A stretch of DNA of 64,000 nt from Methylibium sp. (GTDB lineage: Bacteria > Pseudomonadota > Gammaproteobacteria > Burkholderiales > Burkholderiaceae_C), in the NCBI GenBank assembly GCA_031415135.1, contig JANORB010000038.1, positions 22,139 to 86,138 on the forward strand. The letters are read 5' to 3'. The notes beneath the pieces are model-generated. The model did not search any database. It was not told where the DNA came from and saw only the letters and a program-made list of their open reading frames with translations. Positions 22,401-29,310 of this stretch are shown piece after piece; the stretch's first letter is position 1; the number at the start of each line of letters is the position of its first letter. Both the position numbers and the translations under genes were made by a program.

Positions 22401-23589
22401 GCGTCAAATCCGCGTTGCTGAGCAATTTCGGCAGCATCTTGTCGGCTGGCTTGATTCAATGCGGCGAATTGGGCAGGGGACCGGACGAAACGCAGATCAC
22501 TACCGCATGCAGGCACGCGAACAACTCAAACAGGGTCAGCGCGCAGTACCGGTCTGGATCATGCCGTTGGCAGAAGTGTTTCGCAGCCTGACCGTGCAGG
22601 ACGGGCGCTTTGACGTTGTCATCGTGGACGAAGCAAGCCAAGCTGGGATTGGAGGCTTGCTCGCGGCCTATCTCGGTCGCAAGGTCGTTGTTGTGGGGGA
22701 TCACGAGCAGGTCAGTCCAGATGCGGTCGGCGATGATTCTGCCGTGGCGCAGGCGCTGCAGCGGCAGTTTCTCGAGGGCTTTCCCAGCGCAGCACTCTAC
22801 GACGGCAAGCTTTCGCTGTATGACCTGGGTCGCCAGACGGCGTCTGGCATGTTGAGCTTGAGTGAACACTTCCGCTGCGTTCCCGCAATCATCGGTTTCA
22901 GCAATCGACTCAGCTATGACGGGAAGATCCGCCCTTTGCGCGATTCGAGTTCATCCCCTTTGCGCCCTGTAGTCCCCCATCGTGTTCGGGGCCGACGTGA
23001 CGGGCGGCAGAAGATCAATCATGAGGAGGCGCACGAGATCGTTTCGCTTGTCGGGGCGATGTGCGAGATGGACGCATACGCAGCGCGCAGCATTGGTGTC
23101 GTCTCGCTACTGGGTGATGACCAGGCGAAGCTTGTCGAGACGCTGTTGAGGCGGCACGTTGCGGCCAAGGAGATCGAGGCACGCAAGATCATCTGTGGAA
23201 ACGCCGCCCAGTTCCAGGGCGACGAGAGAGAGGTCATGTTGCTCTCGATGGTGGACAGCAACGAAGGTGACGGTCCGATGCGCAAGGTCGGTGATGGTGC
23301 GAATGAACTCTACAAGAAGCGCTACAACGTGGCGGCCAGCCGAGCGCAAGACCAGATGTGGGTCGTTCATTCAATGGACTACAACACTGACCTGAAACCC
23401 GACGATCTTCGGCGCGAGTTGCTCGAGTACGTACACGTCGACGCGCAAAGCCAAGAGGCGAACGCATCCCCGCAGCGCACTGAGAGGCTGAGAGTCTTTC
23501 AATCATGCCCGCTCATCACACCAGAAGACGCCCGCTCGTCGTTGCAAATGCTCGCCATAGCCCGAGCTATGCCTGCGCTTTGCGCCTAG
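19420..23589 (+). CDS. large SF1 (Upf1/DNA2-like, AAA_11/AAA_12) helicase, Hhe-like; ends at an in-frame TAG
   Basis: ATG at 19420 with a GGGGAGAAGGGG RBS. Walker A VQGPPGTGKTHT (~20542), motif II VVIVDEASQ (~22616) about 690 aa later, VVVGDHEQVSP, and motif VI YNVAASRAQDQMWVV. Less GC-rich by eye than the flanks. Confidence 0.85.
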   Translation: MGDARAAQPAEDARQKVERLFQFIRAFTNFRHPLRRQLSDQPAAKLQIAFDALPATSEWIESWSGPEDDRRWLLRVRLCPPDPCPLPPQQIKDWLFPGWEKHIETARHAEEKTFRGADGQTVIERFSDSTTRPAVWLDWSAQRETWSRVQKRHDPVRMLFANLQAIRAELQKQSEQVELVLGVGHLRHHSDGQQYDHPLVLKPMGIEFDGQTNCFTLTETDRATEIYAEPLAELMVDLTPSGSWRESLQGLHPLDSQAGVIVKSMGDWLRSQPGFATAQLPLAPVIFLRDRGGWPARAASAVLEDLATRPIDDLPPYLLRLVGLAPAETDDDSQLHAVDFVANESPDILFALPANLEQLQLAMQIERKDVVLVQGPPGTGKTHTIANLLGHLLSQGKRVLVTSHSSKSLRVLRDKVPENIQSLCVSVLDDASRSRRELEQAVQSIAKRMQEGNSSLSHTVDRLERERAVLLESIQRARADQRLCVRREYDPIVIAGSSIEPSRAAREVRDGARDHAWIPGPLREGELGKACPISPGDVQSLYLSQGRISAADETQLDAGLPTPGWLPSPMAWRQLMDQLGALDAEAQQIESPIWLGVNTPVEKLTSHLSVASAAQDTLKRITKPGPWLMALVEAGADADCLPHEWQELRDFAARVQTFYSNAQGALLEHGPEVPEPLCIEDTVQHLRDISAHVAQGRGLKVYQWPMKALARGHWKKLLGHVRCNGEVPWQEKQFDALIRHVELHRARARLRRRWKRQVQALGGPPLPDACPEKTAIDWLPYVLASLGWFSRYWRPVTEAAGAYGKTWAEIESRSPPQAGQHPRIARARILLDQHLVPEWKAQLARRGAETIRVEIAQWRVRLNREVPQAASLGVVAGIDQSMSTVDSAAYSSAFAELERLRLLEPEHQRRDASLKQLARGASEWHRMLTDRAPGHDAPLSPGLDLAAAWRWRQLSDELVQRSTLDAEHVAERLRQLTAALQRTTGDLIAARCWARQIRVAEQFRQHLVGWLDSMRRIGQGTGRNADHYRMQAREQLKQGQRAVPVWIMPLAEVFRSLTVQDGRFDVVIVDEASQAGIGGLLAAYLGRKVVVVGDHEQVSPDAVGDDSAVAQALQRQFLEGFPSAALYDGKLSLYDLGRQTASGMLSLSEHFRCVPAIIGFSNRLSYDGKIRPLRDSSSSPLRPVVPHRVRGRRDGRQKINHEEAHEIVSLVGAMCEMDAYAARSIGVVSLLGDDQAKLVETLLRRHVAAKEIEARKIICGNAAQFQGDEREVMLLSMVDSNEGDGPMRKVGDGANELYKKRYNVAASRAQDQMWVVHSMDYNTDLKPDDLRRELLEYVHVDAQSQEANASPQRTERLRVFQSCPLITPEDARSSLQMLAIARAMPALCA

Positions 23590-24069
23590 ATCGGCCGCCT
23601 TCTGGCGCGCTGCTCGGACACGCTCGAAAAACTCTCAGCCTCTGAGTCCGAGTTTGAAAGACTTGTATTGAAAGCGCTCCAGGCGCGTGGCTACTCGGTT
23701 CGGACTCAATACCCTGTGGGCCACTATCGGATAGACATGGTCGTGGAGCGCGATGGTCGAAAACTTGCCGTTGAATGCGATGGCGAACGCTGGCACTCCG
23801 GCGCTGAGAAGATTGCGGAGGACATGGCCCGCCAATCTGTTCTGGAAAGGCTCGGATGGCGGTTTCACCGAATTCGCGGGAGCCAATTCTTTCGAGACCC
23901 CGATCAGACCTTGGCAGCCCTCTGGGAGCGGCTTGCGCAGCGAGAGATTCAACCAGCGGGAGTGACTGTTGCCGCTCCACCCGGCGATGACATTCACGAG
24001 TTGCTGCTGCGGATAGCGTCGAATCTGCGCGATTCTTGGTTTCCAGTGCCCTCAACGCCTGACGCGTAG
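23590..24069 (+). pseudogene. DUF559/Vsr-like (REase) nuclease domain, same frame as the upstream helicase, detached by one TAG
   Basis: No stop occurs between TAG 23587-23589 and the tracked TTG start at 23668. The domain-like sequence [20 protein letters not shown]...[10 protein letters not shown]...[11 protein letters not shown]...[11 protein letters not shown] begins upstream of any start codon. Confidence 0.7.
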
Positions 24070-24087
24070 CGAAGGGGTAGTAGCGCA

Positions 24088-24360
24088 CTACCGCCGCTTC
24101 TGCGCCGCGTGCCACACTTGGAGTATCTGAACCTGATCGCTCCGCACACGATAGGTCAGCAGGTAGTTCCGGTGCACAACCAGTTCACGCGTGTCCTGGT
24201 ACCCACCGATGCGGCCGATGAGCGGAAACCGCTCGAGGTTCATCGCCTTGGTGCTGATGTCTTCCACCAGGCGGCTGGCGGCCGAGGGATTGTCGGCGGC
24301 AATGTAGTCGGCGACGCGGCGAAGGTCGCTCAGCGCGCGCCGCGTCCACGCCAGCTTCAT
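24088..24360 (-). CDS. type II toxin, RelE/ParE family
   Basis: 90 aa. WTRRALSDLRRVADYIAADNPSAASRLVEDI...YLLTYRV...VQILQVWHAAQ matches ParE/RelE. Confidence 0.88.
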   Translation of the reverse strand: MKLAWTRRALSDLRRVADYIAADNPSAASRLVEDISTKAMNLERFPLIGRIGGYQDTRELVVHRNYLLTYRVRSDQVQILQVWHAAQKRR

Positions 24361-24668
24361 TTTGCCTTTGATCGGGGCGCCTGACGAACGCGTGCGGCTG
24401 CCTTGGGTTCAGGCCGCCGGCCGGCGGCGTATTGAGCGAACAAGGCCGCCGCTTCGGCATCGCTGGCGAAATCGCCCCGGTCCGCCGCCGCGACGGCTTC
24501 CTTGAGGTCTTCGATCTGAGGAATGCGCCAAGCCAGGTATTCGGTCAGCGCCTCCATGGCCACATACGATTTGGTGCGCCCGGTCAACTGGGCATAGCTC
24601 TCCATCTGGTCTTTGAGCCCTGCGGGCAGGCGGACGCTGACCTGACTGTCTTTGACCGTCGTTGGCAT
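24357..24668 (-). CDS. ribbon-helix-helix (CopG/ParD-like) antitoxin
   Basis: Overlaps the toxin start by 4 nt. VSVRLPAGLKDQMESYAQLTGRTKSYVAMEALTEYL is an RHH. GGAG lies 9 nt upstream of the ATG at 24668. The rest of the 442-aa ORF is artefact. Confidence 0.82.
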   Translation of the reverse strand: MPTTVKDSQVSVRLPAGLKDQMESYAQLTGRTKSYVAMEALTEYLAWRIPQIEDLKEAVAAADRGDFASDAEAAALFAQYAAGRRPEPKAAARVRQAPRSKAK

Positions 24669-24689
24669 GGCCAGCATCTCCGTGTATTG

Positions 24690-24704
24690 CAATGCCTTGC
24701 ATTG
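24690..24704. promoter_or_regulatory. candidate TA operator
   Basis: Inverted repeat CAATGC-ctt-GCATTG with TTGCAAT/TTGCATT half-sites 10 nt apart, just upstream of the antitoxin. Confidence 0.35.
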
Positions 24705-24764
24705 TAGTGCGCATGGTGCCCGTGCGGCTGACCCCGCACAATTGCGGCCCATTCCATAACCCTT

Positions 24765-26189
24765 GTGACCCAACCTTCCCTCCACTCCCTGGCCGCGCTG
24801 CAGCAGCGCTTCGGCCCGCGCTACCGCTGGCGCGTGCTGCTCACGGTGATGATCGGCACGATGGCGGCCATCATGGCCTCGACCATCATCAACGTGGCGG
24901 TGCCCGACATGAGCCGCGTCTTCGGCCTCGGGCAGGAACGCGCGCAGTGGCTGTCGGCCGGGTTCATGGCGGCGATGACACTGTCGATGCTGACCACGCC
25001 GTGGCTGCTGGAGCGCTACGGCTACCGCCGCACCTACGCTGGCGCGGTGCTGCTGCTGATGGCGGGTGGCGTGGCCGGGGGCTTGAGCGGCTGGTTCGAG
25101 CTGGTGCTGGCGATGCGCGTGGCCGAGGGGCTGGCCGCGGGTGTGCTGCAGCCGATCCCGGCCATCATCATCCTGCGCGCTTTCGAGCCCGGCGAGCAGG
25201 GGCGGGCGATGGGCATCTTCGGTTTCGGCGTGGTGCTGGCGCCGGCGCTTGGGCCCAGCGTGGGCGGCGTGCTGGTTGAATGGTTCGGCTGGCGCTCGAT
25301 CTTCTTCGTCGTGGTGCCGTTCTGCGTCGCGGCGCTGGCGCTGGCCATGCGCTACCTGCCGGTGACCGCGCCCGGCGGCGTGGCGGCCAACCGCCACGGC
25401 GCGCGGCTCGACGTCCGGGGGCTGACGCTGATCGCCGTGGCGGTGCTGTGCACGCTCAATGGACTGGTCAGCCTGCATGCCGACACGCGCGGCCTGGCGC
25501 TGGGCCTGCTGGCGGTGGGCGCACTGGCCACCGGCCTGTTCATCGCCCACCAGCGCCGCGCGCCGCAGCCCTTGATGCGCCTCGAACTGTTCGGTCACCG
25601 CGCGTTCGCGATGGGCGGCTGCGTGGCCTTCATCTACGGCATGGCGCTGTTCGGCTCGACCTACCTGGTGCCGGTGTTCATGCAACTGGCGCTGAAGCTG
25701 CCCCCTTCACAGGCCGGCGCGGTGCTGTTGCCGGCCGGGGTGGTGCTGGCCTTGACCATTCCGCTGGCCGGGCGCCTGGCCGACAGCCTCGCGGTCAGCC
25801 GGCTGGTGGCCAGTGGGCTGCTGCTGCTGGCCGCATCGTTCGTGTTGATGCTTCTGGTGGGGGCGAGCACGGCGCTGTGGGTGATCACGCTGTTCGCCAT
25901 CGTCGGGCGCGTCGGGCTCGGCCTGGTGCTGCCCTCGCTGAACCTGGGGGCCATGCGCGGCCTGCCGGTCGGGCTGATCGCGCACGGCTCCAGCAGCATC
26001 AATTTCCTGCGCCAGCTCGGTGGTGCGGTGGGCGTGAGCCTGGTCGGCATCGTGCTGGAGTGGCGGCTGCAAGTTTTGCCGACGGACCCGCTGCGCGCAT
26101 TTCACGAAACCTTTCTGTTGCTCGGCGCGATCACGGCCTGCGCGGTGGTGGCCGCGTGGCGCATGGCGCCTGCGCCCCCGGTGGCATGA
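24765..26189 (+). CDS. MFS transporter, DHA2 (EmrB/QacA-like, 14-TMS)
   Basis: RWRVLLTVMIGTMAAIMASTIINVAVPDM...LTTPWLLERYGYRR is typical of a DHA2 N-terminus. Length 474 aa. Confidence 0.88.
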   Translation: MTQPSLHSLAALQQRFGPRYRWRVLLTVMIGTMAAIMASTIINVAVPDMSRVFGLGQERAQWLSAGFMAAMTLSMLTTPWLLERYGYRRTYAGAVLLLMAGGVAGGLSGWFELVLAMRVAEGLAAGVLQPIPAIIILRAFEPGEQGRAMGIFGFGVVLAPALGPSVGGVLVEWFGWRSIFFVVVPFCVAALALAMRYLPVTAPGGVAANRHGARLDVRGLTLIAVAVLCTLNGLVSLHADTRGLALGLLAVGALATGLFIAHQRRAPQPLMRLELFGHRAFAMGGCVAFIYGMALFGSTYLVPVFMQLALKLPPSQAGAVLLPAGVVLALTIPLAGRLADSLAVSRLVASGLLLLAASFVLMLLVGASTALWVITLFAIVGRVGLGLVLPSLNLGAMRGLPVGLIAHGSSSINFLRQLGGAVGVSLVGIVLEWRLQVLPTDPLRAFHETFLLLGAITACAVVAAWRMAPAPPVA

Positions 26190-26228
26190 CCTGGCGCACC
26201 TAAAATCCGCCCAGACTCCTGAGATCCC

Positions 26229-27464
26229 ATGAACCTCGGCATTGAACTCCTTCCCACCGAATGTGATGTGCTGGTCATCGGCGCCGGCCCGGCCGGCAGC
26301 GCCGCGGCGTTGACGCTGGCCCGCGCCGGCCTGCACGTGGTGCTGGTCGATCAGCACGCGTTTCCGCGCGACAAGGTGTGTGGTGACGGGCTGATTCCCG
26401 ACGCCCACAACGCCTTGCGCAAACTCGGCGTGCTCGACGCGGTGCTTGCGCAGGCCCAGTCGAGTAGCCACGTGGGCTGCATCGGGCCGCGCGGCGGGCG
26501 GGTCGACGTGCCCGGCGTGCTGGCGGTGCTGCCGCGCAAGCAGCTGGACGACATCCTGTGCCGCGCCGCGGTGGCGGCCGGCGCGCGCATGTTCGCGCCA
26601 GTGCGCTTCACCGCGCCGATCGAAGCGGGCGGCAGCGTCGTCGGCGCCACGCTGCACCATGGCGACAGCACCCGCCAGGTGCGCGCGCGCTGGGTGCTGC
26701 TGGCCACCGGCGCGGTGCCGCAGGGCTTGCTGGCCGCCGGCATGTCCGAGCGCCACACACCCAGCGGCGTGGCCTTGCGCGGCTACGTGAAGAACGCTGC
26801 GATGGTCGGCCGGATCGACAAGCTCGAAATCGTCTGGCACCGCGCGTTGACCCCCGGCTACGGCTGGATCTTTCCGTGCCGCGATGGGGTCTTCAACATC
26901 GGCGTGGGCATTGCCGACAGCCACGACCGGCAGCGCGACGGCAAGCTCACCAAGCGCGAGCTGAACCTGCGCCAGGTGATGGACGACTTCACCCGCATCT
27001 ACGCGCCGGCGCGCGAGCTGATGCAAGGCGGCACCCTGCTCGGGCCGATGAAGGGCGCGCCGTTGCGCTGCACGCTCGAAGGCGCGCGCTTCACCCGGCC
27101 GGGGCTGATGGTCATCGGCGAGGCCGCCGGCAGCACCTACTCGTTCACCGGCGAGGGCATCGGCAAGGCCATGGAGACCGGCATCCATGCCGCCGAATCG
27201 CTGCTCGCCGGGCGCGCGCAGGGCGCGAGCGATGCGCAAGTGCGGGCCGCCTTCGAGGCCCACCTGGTGGCGCTCAAGCCGCGCTTCGACCTGTACAAGC
27301 GCGCCAACTTCGTCAACCGCCATCCGTGGCTGGCCGACCTGCTGATCTGGCGCGCGCGCAAGAGCGCGCCGCTGGTGCGGCGCATGAGCGGCGTGCTCAA
27401 CGAAACCAGCAACCCGGGCCACCTGGTGACGGTCAAGGGCCTGGTGCGGCTGTTCACCGAATAG
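26229..27464 (+). CDS. geranylgeranyl reductase-family FAD-dependent oxidoreductase
   Basis: DVLVIGAGPAGSAAA dinucleotide fold, RDKVCGDGL, and IGEAAGSTYSFTGEGIGKAME. Confidence 0.8.
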   Translation: MNLGIELLPTECDVLVIGAGPAGSAAALTLARAGLHVVLVDQHAFPRDKVCGDGLIPDAHNALRKLGVLDAVLAQAQSSSHVGCIGPRGGRVDVPGVLAVLPRKQLDDILCRAAVAAGARMFAPVRFTAPIEAGGSVVGATLHHGDSTRQVRARWVLLATGAVPQGLLAAGMSERHTPSGVALRGYVKNAAMVGRIDKLEIVWHRALTPGYGWIFPCRDGVFNIGVGIADSHDRQRDGKLTKRELNLRQVMDDFTRIYAPARELMQGGTLLGPMKGAPLRCTLEGARFTRPGLMVIGEAAGSTYSFTGEGIGKAMETGIHAAESLLAGRAQGASDAQVRAAFEAHLVALKPRFDLYKRANFVNRHPWLADLLIWRARKSAPLVRRMSGVLNETSNPGHLVTVKGLVRLFTE

Positions 27465-27473
27465 GGCGCCCCG

Positions 27474-28235
27474 ATGTGCCAGTTGCTCGGCCTGAACGCC
27501 AACACGCCGACCGACATGGTGTTCAGCTTCACCGGCTTTGCCACCCGCGCCGACGAACACAAGGACGGCTTCGGCATTGCCTTCTTCGAAGGCGCCGGCG
27601 CGCGCCTGTTCGTCGACGCCCAGAGCGCGCGCAGCTCGCCGGTGGCCGAGATGGTGCGGCGCTACCCCATCAAGAGCGAAAACATCATCGCCCACATCCG
27701 CAAGGCCACGCAGGGCCGGGTGGCGCTGGAAAACACCCACCCCTTCATGCGCGAGCTGTGGGGCCGCTACTGGGTGTTTGCGCACAACGGCGACCTGAAG
27801 GATTTCAACCCGCGCCTGCACGGGGCGTTCAGGCCGGTGGGTGGCACCGACAGCGAGCGTGCGTTCTGCTGGCTGATGCAGGAGCTGGCCAAGGCGCACG
27901 CCAGCGTGCCGTCGATTGCCGAGCTGACCGCCACCTTGCGCGAGCTGGCGCCGCAAGCCGCGCGCCACGGCACGTTCAACGTCATGCTCAGCAACGGCCA
28001 GGCGCTGTGGGCGTTTTGTTCGACGGCGCTGCACTCGCTGGTGAGGTGCGCGCCGTTCGGCCACGCGCAGCTGCGGGACGACGACATCAGCGTCGACTTC
28101 GCCGACTCGACCACACCCGCCGACCGGGTCGCCGTGGTCGTCACCGAGCCGCTCACGCACAACGAGGACTGGCAGGCGTTTGCGCCGGGGGAGTTGCGGG
28201 TGTTCGTCGGCGGCGCGCCGGTTGTGTGCACCTGA
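27474..28235 (+). CDS. class II (Ntn) glutamine amidotransferase, YafJ-like
   Basis: MCQLLG with N-terminal nucleophile Cys2, DGFGIAFF, HIRKATQG, HPF and FAHNGDL. Confidence 0.85.
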   Translation: MCQLLGLNANTPTDMVFSFTGFATRADEHKDGFGIAFFEGAGARLFVDAQSARSSPVAEMVRRYPIKSENIIAHIRKATQGRVALENTHPFMRELWGRYWVFAHNGDLKDFNPRLHGAFRPVGGTDSERAFCWLMQELAKAHASVPSIAELTATLRELAPQAARHGTFNVMLSNGQALWAFCSTALHSLVRCAPFGHAQLRDDDISVDFADSTTPADRVAVVVTEPLTHNEDWQAFAPGELRVFVGGAPVVCT

Positions 28236-28385
28236 CCGAGTACGCATGCATTGGCGGTCATGCGCCGCGCCCCCTGCTACATTGGCGGATTCTTTTTCGC
28301 GCCCTTGTTTCTGGCTGAAGCTTTGGGCGCCTTGCTTTGCGTTCCAGCCACCAGGCCGCACCGCACTGGGAGTGGGGGGAGAAAA

Positions 28386-29183
28386 ATGAAGTCCCAAGCA
28401 CAGAGGGTCTCGTGGGAGCTGATCCAACGATTGGCCGCACATGCCGCTGCGAGCCTTCAGTCCTTCCCGGCCTTTGCGGGCATGGCGAGCGTTCAACCGC
28501 CTCCTAACGGCGTCAGCGCGATTGCCAGCAAGGGCGGCTCGGCAGCGCTCGGATCGACTGGCGGCCTGACCCTGATCAAGAATGCCGCCGCCTTCTCGAT
28601 TCCCTCGTTCGAAACCGAGAATTCGGTGGTCCAGCAGGGCGGCGCCGTGGCTCACTATGCTCACGTGCGAAGAACAACTTCGAGCGACGCGACGCATGAG
28701 TGTTACTACCCTGGCCCGGGTGATCACGTCCGACCCGGGATGACACAGCGGATCGACGGTCAGCTGTACACCCACTACTTTCGAATCAGTCATCAGGTCT
28801 CGGAACTCATTCGGCGGGGCGAGGAGGAGCATCTCGCGGACGCACAACGGGCCTACGAACTCGTGTACGAGCTCATCGCGGACACCATCAATTCAATGGC
28901 CACCGAGCGTTTCGGGCCGGCCCACAGCCCTGCGGAGGCGAATCGACTCGCAGAGGCAGAGCTTGCAAGAAGGCTTCCAAGACAATTGGGAACGGACCCT
29001 CGGAACTGGGTCGCGGTGCTCAACCGGTTGCTGCTCCAGACCCAGGAGCGCGACCGCAGGAAATGGCATGCGATCACCAACGACCCGCCTCTGACCCTGG
29101 GAGACAGGATCATTCATCCGGTCGTCAGGGCGGCAAGCACGCGCATTGGGGACGTGCCCTCCAGCCAGGTGGTGGGGTACTGA
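28386..29183 (+). CDS. hypothetical protein (orphan)
   Basis: ATG at 28386 with a GGGGGGAG RBS. 265 aa with no family recognised. Less GC-rich by eye than its neighbours. Confidence 0.55.
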   Translation: MKSQAQRVSWELIQRLAAHAAASLQSFPAFAGMASVQPPPNGVSAIASKGGSAALGSTGGLTLIKNAAAFSIPSFETENSVVQQGGAVAHYAHVRRTTSSDATHECYYPGPGDHVRPGMTQRIDGQLYTHYFRISHQVSELIRRGEEEHLADAQRAYELVYELIADTINSMATERFGPAHSPAEANRLAEAELARRLPRQLGTDPRNWVAVLNRLLLQTQERDRRKWHAITNDPPLTLGDRIIHPVVRAASTRIGDVPSSQVVGY

Positions 29184-29310
29184 CTCCCGTGTGGGCGCTG
29201 CGAAAAAGTCGATGCGTCTCGATGGTTCCACGCCCGCCCGGCCAGGCTGCCGGCTTGCCCGATGACACACTCGACACACTCGCCGGCTTGCCCCGGATCA
29301 ATCCATCCTC

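Noticed and set aside
24669-25685. N-terminal ~340 aa of the 442-aa minus ORF 24357..25685.
   Set aside because: Only the last ~103 codons look like a protein (the RHH antitoxin with its own RBS). The remainder is antisense to the well-supported DHA2 transporter and is low-complexity.
25707-28847. 1046-aa minus-strand ORF spanning three plus-strand genes. Similar giants occur at 1511..3172, 5718..7283, 6043..7836, 41560..43434, 43241..44749, 46168..48345 and 61956..63569.
   Set aside because: Their products are Arg/Ala/Gly/Pro/His-rich low-complexity strings with no motifs. They lie antisense to, or out of frame with, genes that have strong family signatures. This is the usual stop-codon-poor artefact of high-GC DNA.
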